Shown here: positions 1-7,370 of the stretch, piece after piece
How the letters are laid out: each line of letters begins with the position of its first letter
Position numbering within the stretch: position 1 is the stretch's first letter
NCBI GenBank assembly: GCA_964426185.1
Contig: CAYRPF010000099.1
Coordinates: 1 to 9,319, forward strand
Length of the DNA stretch: 9,319 nucleotides
Origin: an uncultured archaeon
GTDB lineage: Archaea; Asgardarchaeota; Lokiarchaeia; Sigyniarchaeales; Promethearchaeaceae
Reading direction: 5' to 3'
The notes under the pieces: model-generated
What the model saw: only the letters and a program-made list of their open reading frames with translations
Databases searched by the model: none
Told to the model about the DNA's origin: nothing
Position numbers and translations under genes: made by a program

Positions 1-32
1 TGGGGTTCTTTAGTATCATATTCTATCTTCAT
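1..32 (-). CDS. Possible 5' end of a divergently transcribed gene running off the left edge (MKIEYDTKEP...)
   Basis: Minus-strand ATG at 32..30 is open to the window edge, with a TTATA element at 58..54 at roughly leaderless-promoter distance. Only 10 codons are visible. Confidence 0.25.
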   Translation of the reverse strand, partial: MKIEYDTKEP

Positions 33-260
33 AAAAATAATATTATCGAAGAGTATAAGAGGGTTATGTATTTAATTTTGATAGAGAACCATCCTATTTG
101 GATTAACAAAATTAGTTGAATTTCTATATGAAAATATGTATCATTTTTTTATAAATTTTAAACAAATAACTATAAAAAATCATGATCAAATTATGTTACA
201 TCGTAATGGTTTGAGTCTTTGTTCCGCAAATTTCTGAATTGCTTTTTTTTTACTCATTCA

Positions 261-270
261 TTTTTTAAAT
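261..270 (+). promoter_or_regulatory. Candidate archaeal TATA box for the MFS gene
   Basis: TTTTTTAAAT lies about 32-40 nt upstream of ATG 302 and there is no obvious Shine-Dalgarno. The AT-rich background makes this weak. Confidence 0.3.
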
Positions 271-301
271 CATTCTATATTAGGTCATTTAAAAATAGAA
301 T

Positions 302-1564
302 ATGGTGAATAAAATATTTAATCGGCTCAAACAAACTTATCACGATTATCCGAAAACGTTTTGGGTGCTTCTTTTAGGCACTTTTATCGACCGCTTAGGA
401 GGATTTTTATTGTTTCCGTACTTTGCCATTTACATACGGAAGCATTTTCAAGTCGGCATGACCGAAGTTGGTTTTATCTTTACCATGTTTTCAGTGGGAT
501 CTCTTTTAGGTGGAACTCTTGGTGGTGCACTATCGGATAAATACGGCCGTAAAGCTATGCTCTTGGCGGGATTATTGATCAGTGGAACTTTTAGTATTTT
601 GATGATGTTTATAAACAATTTCTCTATCTTTATTGTAATTGCAATTTTGATGGGTATAATGGGCAATACTGGGGGTCCCGCTCAACAAGCTATGGTAGCT
701 GATTTACTTCCACCAGAAAAACAAGCTGAAGGCTTTGGAGCTCTTAGGGTAATTGTCAATCTTGCTGCAACTATTGGTCCCGCAATTGGAGGTCTGATTG
801 CCGCTTATTCATACGTTTATCTTTTTATTGCTGATGCAGTTACTAGCGGTATAACCGCTATAATCGTATATAAAGTAATTCCTGAAACGAAACCGGAACA
901 TTTGAACAAAGAAAAGAATGAATCCCTTAAGTCAACTTTAAAAGGATATATCGAAATTTTGAAAGATGGTGTTTATATTATCTTTGTGCTAATTTCCATG
1001 TTAGTTGCTTTGGTTTACATGCAGATGAACTCAACTTTATCTGTATTTTTACTTGAACAGCATGGATTTGATGAAAAATACTTCGGATTGCTATTGGGCA
1101 TGAATGCGTTAATGGTGGTACTATTCCAATTTTGGGTCACGCGCAAGATTTCCCATTTTCCAGCATTAATTATGATTTCGATTGGTACGGGCTTATATGC
1201 GATAGGTTTTGCGATGTACGGGTTTGTTTCTTTACCGATTTTGTTTTTCTTTGCCATGTTTATAATTACAATAGGAGAAATTATTATTTCACCCTTTGGT
1301 CAAACTGTTGCCGCTCACTTTGCTCCTGAAGACAAACGAGGGCGGTATATGGCCGTATATCAATTTTCTTGGATAATTCCTTCCTTATTTGGAACCCTTG
1401 TAGCAGGAATCATAATGGATCATTATAATCCAAATTGGGTATGGTATTTGGCGGGAATTCTGGCTTTCATTGCCATGGTAAGTTATTTATTTTTGCATAG
1501 GGCATCTAAAAGTAGATTTGAAAGAGATACTTCACCAAAACCAGAAATCCCCACAGTACATTAA
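302..1564 (+). CDS. Major facilitator superfamily transporter (drug:H+ antiporter-like, MdtH/YqjV-type), about 12 TM
   Basis: 420 aa with 6+6 hydrophobic segments around a central hydrophilic loop (PETKPEHLNKEK). MFS motif A GGALSDKYGRK, antiporter motif C-like TIGPAIGG, and APEDKRGRY in the second half. Confidence 0.95.
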   Translation: MVNKIFNRLKQTYHDYPKTFWVLLLGTFIDRLGGFLLFPYFAIYIRKHFQVGMTEVGFIFTMFSVGSLLGGTLGGALSDKYGRKAMLLAGLLISGTFSILMMFINNFSIFIVIAILMGIMGNTGGPAQQAMVADLLPPEKQAEGFGALRVIVNLAATIGPAIGGLIAAYSYVYLFIADAVTSGITAIIVYKVIPETKPEHLNKEKNESLKSTLKGYIEILKDGVYIIFVLISMLVALVYMQMNSTLSVFLLEQHGFDEKYFGLLLGMNALMVVLFQFWVTRKISHFPALIMISIGTGLYAIGFAMYGFVSLPILFFFAMFIITIGEIIISPFGQTVAAHFAPEDKRGRYMAVYQFSWIIPSLFGTLVAGIIMDHYNPNWVWYLAGILAFIAMVSYLFLHRASKSRFERDTSPKPEIPTVH

Positions 1565-1600
1565 TGTTTTCATATCTTTTTTCTTTTTTAGATATTTCCT
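1565..1600 (+). terminator. Oligo-T archaeal-type terminator between the convergent MFS and beta-CASP genes
   Basis: TTTT plus two T6 runs (1577-1582, 1584-1589) directly after the TAA stop, in a 36-bp convergent gap. Confidence 0.5.
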
Positions 1601-3280
1601 CTAAATTACCATTTCTTTTCCCTTGCTCGGTGTTATTATTTCAATTTTATCCGGAAGGCTTAATTTGGACAAAATTTCTGGATGTTCGGAATGTATCACC
1701 AAGATTTTTTTTGGATTGATTGTTTGAATCATTTTTTCTAAATCTTCGGGAGAAAGATGTCCTGAACAATGGGCATTATGAATAGTTGAGGGAGTAATCT
1801 GAAATATATCAAGCCAATTCAATAATTTATCCATTTTTATCTCTGCTTCATCCGTAAATGGTTCACTTTCTGACCGAATCCAATGAGAACCCGCGGGCGG
1901 TCGGATATCTAATAAATCGGTTAAATTATAAAAAGAAAGCTGTAGACAGAATTTAGATGGATTCTGATGTATTTCTTGCGCTCGAATTTGATGTGAATCA
2001 TTATATATTGCCTTACAATCTGGTGATCTACTGTAATCCTTCGCTTCATAAACACCCCATCCTTTTTTCGGCAAAAATACTCGAATTTCCTCAAATTCTT
2101 TTTCAGAAATTTCGGTTTGGCCGAGTTGGACCATTAATTTTAAAAACAGATAAGATTTTGGAAGTAATACAAGAGAACGATTTTGGGATTTACAAGCCAG
2201 GAAAAAAGATTCCAACCGATTTGTATCTCGGCCTGCACAGGTGAATAAGATCAATTTTGGTGAATCTCCTTCCCGATTTTCTTCACGAGCTAAACGAATA
2301 ATCCTGGCTAGTTCTTTGCAAACATCATTTTCAGTGGCAAATTTGTTAAATTCTTTATTATCTATGATATCTTGGGTGAAATTATCTTGATTTGGTGGAT
2401 TTGCCGCTTCAATTCGACCCAAACGTGTACCTTCTGTAATTAAAAGATCAGGATGAAAATTTTGCGCGGCTGAAATGAATTTTTCTGTAAGATCGCGCCT
2501 ACGCCCGTGAAATCTCAGATCACCGGTATAAACTATCCGTTTTTTCGTAATTTTATCTTCGAGAAAATAAGCTCCGGCGCCTGGTAATGAATGATCCACG
2601 GGAAAGAACTGAACTTCGAAACTGCATGTTTCTTCCAAATCACCCTGATAATATGCAGGTAAATCATAAATCTTTCTCCATATAATTTGGAAATTTTTAC
2701 TTTTTTTATTCATACGGCCCCCTTTTTCATCAATTTGAAATCTTACTCCATATCTCAAGATATCTGAAAACATGGTACCGCTTTTCGAATAAGTTTCAAG
2801 AAATTTTAATATGGATTTGCTTATTTTCCCGCACACCAACGAAATTTGAGGATTTAAATATCGGATACTTCCAATGTGGTCCCCGTGACAGTGAGAAATG
2901 AGAACATGGGTAATTTTAAGTGAATCGTTTTTCATGTACGGAAAGATTTCATGAATTTGCTGTTCATTAAAAGCCCATAGATCTGGTCGATAGATTCCTG
3001 AAATCAAATGATCTGGTAGAGGAAGAAATCCCATTTGAAAACCATCAAACAACACTTGTGTTTTCCGAATAGGCAAGAATTCATCGAAATAATCATTAAA
3101 ATACCGAAACTCAAATCCAAAATCCAAAAAGATCGCTCTCCCATCAGCTGCCTTTAAAACGATCTTATTGCCTCCAATTTCATTTAATCCTCCATAAACT
3201 GCAACTGATGTGGTCTGTGTTGAATGAACCGTTAAATTTGCCACATTTGGTCTATTTACTCTACTTTCTCTATTCTTCAT
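1601..3280 (-). CDS. Metallo-beta-lactamase-fold beta-CASP ribonuclease (RNase J-like)
   Basis: Motifs in order: GGLNEIGGNKI, FLDFG, ISHCHGDH (HxHxDH), VDHSLPGA, YTGDLRFHG, LITEGT, C-terminal HCSGH and IHSEH. The exact start is uncertain because about 24 residues precede the first conserved strand. Confidence 0.9.
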   Translation of the reverse strand: MKNRESRVNRPNVANLTVHSTQTTSVAVYGGLNEIGGNKIVLKAADGRAIFLDFGFEFRYFNDYFDEFLPIRKTQVLFDGFQMGFLPLPDHLISGIYRPDLWAFNEQQIHEIFPYMKNDSLKITHVLISHCHGDHIGSIRYLNPQISLVCGKISKSILKFLETYSKSGTMFSDILRYGVRFQIDEKGGRMNKKSKNFQIIWRKIYDLPAYYQGDLEETCSFEVQFFPVDHSLPGAGAYFLEDKITKKRIVYTGDLRFHGRRRDLTEKFISAAQNFHPDLLITEGTRLGRIEAANPPNQDNFTQDIIDNKEFNKFATENDVCKELARIIRLAREENREGDSPKLILFTCAGRDTNRLESFFLACKSQNRSLVLLPKSYLFLKLMVQLGQTEISEKEFEEIRVFLPKKGWGVYEAKDYSRSPDCKAIYNDSHQIRAQEIHQNPSKFCLQLSFYNLTDLLDIRPPAGSHWIRSESEPFTDEAEIKMDKLLNWLDIFQITPSTIHNAHCSGHLSPEDLEKMIQTINPKKILVIHSEHPEILSKLSLPDKIEIITPSKGKEMVI

Positions 3281-3417
3281 GGTTTTTCGCTCAAAAGGTT
3301 TTTTGAATCATATTTACTATCAATATCTCTATTATTATTACTGTGAGAAATACATAAAAAATACCTTGCATTAGGCTTTTTTAAAGTCTTAGATGGGTAT
3401 ATGGGTGATATTTTAAG
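3281..3417. promoter_or_regulatory. 137-bp divergent promoter region shared by the beta-CASP nuclease and the Pelota-like gene
   Basis: Head-to-head genes. Palindromic TTTAAA at 3380-3385 and an archaeal-type Shine-Dalgarno GGGTGAT at 3403-3409, 8 nt before GTG 3418. Confidence 0.6.
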
Positions 3418-4251
3418 GTGGGGAAAAAAAAAACGCGGGGAAAACGAGGATATCCATTGGCACTTCTTATCGGCTTCTTGCCCATGCATCTTGTTTATTA
3501 TAATATCTTCAGTGAACGAGTAGAATTGCGAAAAAAACGAAAATTGCCCCGAAAATTTGATAATATGGATAAAAAACAGAAATATGCATTTTTTGAAGAA
3601 ATTGTGAGTGAACTCCGCCCAATTCTCCAGAATGAATTAAAAAATGTGTTGCTTGTGACCAAACCTAAAAAGAAAGAAGCCCAAGAATTTTTGAATCATT
3701 TACAACAACATCACCGTTGGATACTCAATCCTGATCATCATAATGCGGCTACGTTCAGTCATCTTACCGGAGATGTCTCCGATTTAGAAAATGCATCCAT
3801 TTTTCTTCAATCCTCTGAAATTCAAAAAAAAATCGGCCAAGCAAATGAAATTGAATCAAACAGAATTATGAAAACATTAGAACAGCGCTTAAATGACCCT
3901 GATCAAGGATTTACTCTGCATACATTAAAGGAAATTGAAGATCTCATCTATGCTGGAGGCACGCGCAAGAAAAAATTTAAAAAACTAGCCTTAAATCCGG
4001 AATATATCTTGATAACCGATCAATATTTGGAAAATCAATCTAATAAAAATCGACTCCACCGTCTTTTACAAATCGCCCAAAATCGTCAAATAAGAACGAG
4101 AATTATTGATAGCGGAACAAATGCGGGTAGTCGACTTTCTAATCTTGGAGGAATTGTCTGCTTTTTAAAAATGACCAGCAATTATGAAAAACAAAAAGGA
4201 GAAGAATTTTTCGATAAAAAAGAGGAAAAAGCTAGTGGGAAAAAAACATAG
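3418..4251 (+). CDS. Pelota/aRF1-superfamily protein containing only the middle (eRF1_2-like) and C-terminal (eRF1_3/L7Ae-like) domains
   Basis: LPRK...AFFEEIVSEL...VLLV...EFLNHL resembles the Pelota M domain. ESNRIMKTLEQRL...EYILITDQYL...LLQIAQNRQIRTRIIDSGTNAGSRLSNLGGIVCFLK resembles the eRF1/Pelota C-terminal signature (G..L..LGGI...L[RK]). No GGQ or NIKS. Recognised by eye, not by HMM. Confidence 0.8.
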   Translation: MGKKKTRGKRGYPLALLIGFLPMHLVYYNIFSERVELRKKRKLPRKFDNMDKKQKYAFFEEIVSELRPILQNELKNVLLVTKPKKKEAQEFLNHLQQHHRWILNPDHHNAATFSHLTGDVSDLENASIFLQSSEIQKKIGQANEIESNRIMKTLEQRLNDPDQGFTLHTLKEIEDLIYAGGTRKKKFKKLALNPEYILITDQYLENQSNKNRLHRLLQIAQNRQIRTRIIDSGTNAGSRLSNLGGIVCFLKMTSNYEKQKGEEFFDKKEEKASGKKT

Positions 4252-4265
4252 GAAAAAAATACCAT
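4252..4265 (-). terminator. Oligo-T terminator candidate for the acyl-CoA dehydrogenase gene
   Basis: A7 at 4253-4259 reads T7 on the minus strand, just after the TAG stop in a 14-bp convergent gap. Confidence 0.4.
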
Positions 4266-5486
4266 CTATTGGGGAGTCCATGTGTGATCAGGGGCATCTA
4301 CACCATCATAATGCAATATAAACCCGGTATCCAATGTTTTTGCCCGCTTTTTCAAATTACTCATAACTACTACTCTTTGAATTTGATTAGTACCTTCATA
4401 AATTTGCAACAATTTTGCACCACGGAAAATAACACCCATACCGTATTCTTCTGCATATCCGTATCCTCCCATGATTTGAATGGCATCCACTGCATTTTGC
4501 ATGGCGTTGTCAGAGGCTACCCATTTTGCAATTGCAGATTCTGTTGAATTATTTTTATTATTGTCTGCCAACCAAGCAGCATACTGAGTAAGATGGTGAG
4601 CGGTTAAAGCACGAGCTTGCATATCAGCCAACATGAATCCGATACCTTGGAATTTCGCAATTTTGGTTCCAAAGGCTTTTCGGGTGATTGCAAATTTTGA
4701 AGCTTCATCCACACATCGTTGTGCCACACCTGAAGCAATGGCTGCGATTCCAGCACGAGTTTTATCCAATGTTTTCATGGCAATGTGGAACCCTTTTCCC
4801 ACTTCTCCAACCAAGCAATCTTCAGGCACATGCACATTTTCGAAGATCACTTCTGCTTGTCCAGAGGCTTTTTGACCGATTTTATTTTCGATGTGCCCGA
4901 TCTCTACGCCAGCAGATTTAGGAACCATGAATACAGCTATTCCTTTATATCCTTTGCTGGGATCTGTTTGGGCAAATACAGTAAACATATCTGCTTTAGG
5001 AGAGTTTGTAATCCAGCATTTTCGACCGTTAATAACCCACTCATCGCCTTGTTTTTCCGCCATTGTTTTGGTTGCAGCTGCATCAGATCCGGCTTCACGC
5101 TCAGTTAAACAGAAAGCTCCCAATTTTACCTTTTCTCCGGTAATCAAGGGTTGGATATATTTTTGAAGTTGCTCTGTGGTAGCTCCAATAACTAAAGGTG
5201 CAAATGCTAAATTATTACACATGATGGCAGTAGCGCAACCCGCATCTCCATATCCCGTCGATTCCGATACCAATGTTTCATCCAACAGAGTATACCCCGG
5301 TCCTCCCGCTTCTTTCGGCATATGTAAATTCATTAACCCAGCTTCATATGCTTTTTGCAACAAATCCATGGGGATTTCATCCGCCTGGTCCAACTCAATC
5401 GCATGTGGAGTAATATGCTCTTTGGTGAAGGCGCGTGCCTTCTCTAACAGTTCCTGTTGATAAGGAAGTAAATTGTAATCAACCAT
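4266..5486 (-). CDS. Acyl-CoA dehydrogenase (short/medium-chain, FAD-dependent)
   Basis: GAFCLTEREAGSDAA, WVINGRKCWITN, RKAFG, FQGIGFMLADM, QIMGGYGY and IYEGTNQIQR (catalytic Glu in the SCAD/MCAD position). Confidence 0.97.
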   Translation of the reverse strand: MVDYNLLPYQQELLEKARAFTKEHITPHAIELDQADEIPMDLLQKAYEAGLMNLHMPKEAGGPGYTLLDETLVSESTGYGDAGCATAIMCNNLAFAPLVIGATTEQLQKYIQPLITGEKVKLGAFCLTEREAGSDAAATKTMAEKQGDEWVINGRKCWITNSPKADMFTVFAQTDPSKGYKGIAVFMVPKSAGVEIGHIENKIGQKASGQAEVIFENVHVPEDCLVGEVGKGFHIAMKTLDKTRAGIAAIASGVAQRCVDEASKFAITRKAFGTKIAKFQGIGFMLADMQARALTAHHLTQYAAWLADNNKNNSTESAIAKWVASDNAMQNAVDAIQIMGGYGYAEEYGMGVIFRGAKLLQIYEGTNQIQRVVVMSNLKKRAKTLDTGFILHYDGVDAPDHTWTPQ

Positions 5487-5562
5487 TTCGATTCACATTT
5501 ATATTTTTTTTTAATCAGATCAAAAAGTATGGTACAGCAATTGGTTAATGTTGTGTTAGGAT

Positions 5563-5582
5563 CTATAAAAAAACTTTTTTTT
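5563..5582 (-). promoter_or_regulatory. Candidate BRE + TATA promoter for the acyl-CoA dehydrogenase gene
   Basis: Minus strand reads AAAAAAAAG-TTTTTTTATAG, a purine-rich run followed by TTTATA, about 80 nt upstream of ATG 5486. Confidence 0.45.
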
Positions 5583-5791
5583 ACATTCCTCTAAATTTTG
5601 GAAAAAAAAATTATCAACAATGGATAAATTTATCATCATATCCTAAGATGAATTTTCAATTTTAAACTTATTATTGCATAAAAATTAGCTGTAATACAAT
5701 GTTATTGGAGATTGGGTTAATTTACTGGACGCTATTATGTTCAGTATTATGAAAAATGGAGTTTTGTTGTACTAAAAAGAAAAATAAAGTT

Positions 5792-5818
5792 ATTATTTAA
5801 ATATATGAACAACTACCC
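5792..5818 (+). repeat. Left copy of an imperfect inverted repeat flanking the small orphan gene
   Basis: ATTATTTAAATATATGAACAACTACCC matches the reverse complement of 6192-6220 (ATTAATTAAATATATTTACTTGACTACCC) at 23 of 29 aligned columns with one 2-nt gap. Confidence 0.5.
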
Positions 5819-5890
5819 GATCAGTATAAATTGAAACAGAAAAAATTTTCGCAATAAACTGCAAAATTCTAAATCACTCTTCAATAATCT

Positions 5891-6160
5891 TCATTGTTCT
5901 TCAATTAAATTGAAATCTGGACTAACATCAAAGGTTTTCTCAATATGATGTAATAATTCTTTCTCAAAATCCTTCAATTTTAAGATTTCATCAGCAGTTT
6001 CCTTGATTAAATACAAAAAAAACTGCTTCTCATTCTCTTTGGCTCTTTGGTTTTTGAATATCAGGTTCTTCTTCTGTTCATCTAAATTTCGAATCCGATA
6101 ATTTATTCCGGCCTTTATATTCGTCATAAGATCCAAATCATCTGGAATTGTGAACGGCAT
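5891..6160 (-). CDS. Small hypothetical protein (89 aa), predicted two-helix coiled-coil hairpin
   Basis: GGAGG at 6171..6167 abuts the ORF-track ATG (6166) but lies 6 nt before the second ATG (6160), the more likely start. Charged, amphipathic, helical composition. No family recognised. Confidence 0.75.
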   Translation of the reverse strand: MPFTIPDDLDLMTNIKAGINYRIRNLDEQKKNLIFKNQRAKENEKQFFLYLIKETADEILKLKDFEKELLHHIEKTFDVSPDFNLIEEQ

Positions 6161-6191
6161 AATCATCCTCCAATCAAGTTTAATGTTAAAT

Positions 6192-6220
6192 GGGTAGTCA
6201 AGTAAATATATTTAATTAAT
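6192..6220 (-). repeat. Right copy of the inverted repeat; also the likely promoter (TTAAATATA) of the orphan gene
   Basis: See the left copy. The TATA-like core lies about 45-55 nt upstream of ATG 6160. Confidence 0.5.
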
Positions 6221-6326
6221 GGTAATAAAAGCGAAGATAGTGTAATTGTGAGATTATAACAGAAGACACATTAACATCAAATCTTCATCGACCGTAAGTG
6301 CCTAATCTAATCTTTTTTCTCTCTCT

Positions 6327-7358
6327 TTAAAAAAATTGCCGCCAATCCAATTTATCCTTGATTTTGCGAAAATATTCTCCCAACTCGCGATAAGTATACA
6401 AAATAATATTATTCTTTTCCAAAAAATCCCGAAACTTGGGATTAACCAGCACCTCATAGTCTTGAAATCGACCAATACTCATGTCAGGATCAATTCCTTG
6501 CATTTCATCACTATAAATAGCTGGATGAAAGATTAAATGCGACAATCCTGGCTTAATCGATTTAACCAATCCCTTAAAGGCTCTTAGTTTATTTTTAACG
6601 GGTTGTAAAGAAGTAAATTTAATCTCATCAACTAAAGGATAACCCGCTTCTTGCAAAAGGTTAAGTTGGCTGCTATATTTATTAAAATCTTCTTTAAAGT
6701 CCATATATTCAAACATCTGCTTGGTCATTTTCGGAATCAAAGCCGGAATGCCAAATTCCACTGCTAGTTTTATAAGAACGGGTAAAAATTTCGGATGACC
6801 CGGAGCAAACATATGCGAATCCATATGAGTTAAATTTATGCCCAATTTTTGCAGATGCTGAATTTGAGCACGAAATTCTTGTTCTGCCGCTTCTAAAGAA
6901 ACATGATTTACCGACTCTTTCAAATTTGCCCAGAGAAAACCATTTGCATCGACTAATCCCGAATCTGGTGTGTTGCTCGCAAAAGGTCGCCATTTATATA
7001 ATGGATATTCACTGTTTAGGGTAAGGTGTACCCCAATATCCCATCTTTCTGGTGATGTTTGTGACGTTTGTGACGTTTGTGCTGTTTGTGCTGTTTGGGA
7101 TGTTTGTGCTGTTTGGGATGTTTTTTTCGATGATTTCTCTTGTGTTTTTTCTTGCAATGCTTGAAAATTTAAAAGAATATTGGCAATCTCAGGAACCCAA
7201 GATGAATTTGCAATAATCGAGCCCGTGCGAAAATTTGTCTTGGAAAAAATATTCTTAGCCGCTAAATTCGCACTGTGAGAAATACTCAAATCATCCAGAT
7301 GCAGAATTACAACTTTATCGTTGGTAGAAAAACCTAGATCATTAATTATCGATTCGAT
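6327..7358 (-). CDS. YdjC/ChbG-family carbohydrate deacetylase (about 343 aa if started at ATC 7358)
   Basis: Motifs DIGVHLTLNSE, LTHMDSHM and LIFHPA. The frame extends upstream of the ORF-track TTG (7289) through IESIINDLGFSTNDKVVILHLDD, which holds the family N-terminal xDD motif. The family call is confident; the start coordinate is less so. Confidence 0.85.
   Translation of the reverse strand: MESIINDLGFSTNDKVVILHLDDLSISHSANLAAKNIFSKTNFRTGSIIANSSWVPEIANILLNFQALQEKTQEKSSKKTSQTAQTSQTAQTAQTSQTSQTSPERWDIGVHLTLNSEYPLYKWRPFASNTPDSGLVDANGFLWANLKESVNHVSLEAAEQEFRAQIQHLQKLGINLTHMDSHMFAPGHPKFLPVLIKLAVEFGIPALIPKMTKQMFEYMDFKEDFNKYSSQLNLLQEAGYPLVDEIKFTSLQPVKNKLRAFKGLVKSIKPGLSHLIFHPAIYSDEMQGIDPDMSIGRFQDYEVLVNPKFRDFLEKNNIILYTYRELGEYFRKIKDKLDWRQFF
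7052..7123. repeat. In-frame coding minisatellite, 8 x 9 bp (G[TG]G[AC][TC]GTTT)
   Basis: Plus-strand units: gtgatgttt, gtgacgttt x2, gtgctgttt x2, gggatgttt, gtgctgttt, gggatgttt. Encodes TSQ-TAQ-TSQ-TAQ-TAQ-TSQ-TSQ-TSP on the minus strand. Confidence 0.95.
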
Positions 7359-7364
7359 ACAAAA

Positions 7365-7370
7365 TCCCCC
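7365..7370 (-). promoter_or_regulatory. Shine-Dalgarno-like GGGGGA 6 nt upstream of the proposed ATC start of the YdjC gene
   Basis: Minus strand: AAAA-GGGGGA-TTTTGT-ATC GAA TCG. It is the only long G-run in an AT-rich intergenic region. Confidence 0.55.

Noticed and set aside
448-1329. ORFs 448..666 (-), 1015..1257 (-) and 1132..1329 (+) inside the MFS gene
   Set aside because: Fully overlap a confident CDS. Their composition mirrors the hydrophobic codons of the real gene.
1957-2244. 95-aa plus-strand ORF inside the beta-CASP gene
   Set aside because: Antisense to a motif-rich CDS, with no independent support.
3277-3489. 70-aa minus-strand ORF spanning the divergent promoter and overlapping the beta-CASP start by 4 nt (ATGA)
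   Set aside because: The ATGA overlap mimics translational coupling, but the ORF overlaps the Pelota-like gene antisense, crosses its promoter and RBS, and has no protein-like features.
3418-4251. Calling this gene canonical pelA or aRF1 (prf1)
   Set aside because: It lacks the N-terminal domain, NIKS, GGQ and PGF motifs, so a gene symbol is not justified.
4269-5460. Six plus-strand ORFs (77-107 aa) antisense to the acyl-CoA dehydrogenase
   Set aside because: Shadow ORFs of a conserved, visibly less AT-rich gene with fewer antisense stops. No recognisable motifs.
5699-5752. 17-codon hydrophobic mini-ORF MLLEIGLIYWTLLCSVL (+) in the 404-bp intergenic region
   Set aside because: No upstream RBS, and short hydrophobic ORFs are expected by chance in T-rich DNA.
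7052-7123. Repeat considered as a CRISPR array or iteron cluster
   Set aside because: The units are 9 bp, contiguous, without spacers, and in frame within a CDS.
6336-7164. ORFs 6336..6536 (+), 6709..6993 (-) and 6970..7164 (+, with CDVCDVCAVC repeats resembling a metal-binding peptide)
   Set aside because: All lie within the YdjC gene. The CxxC pattern is just the antisense reading of the 9-bp repeat.
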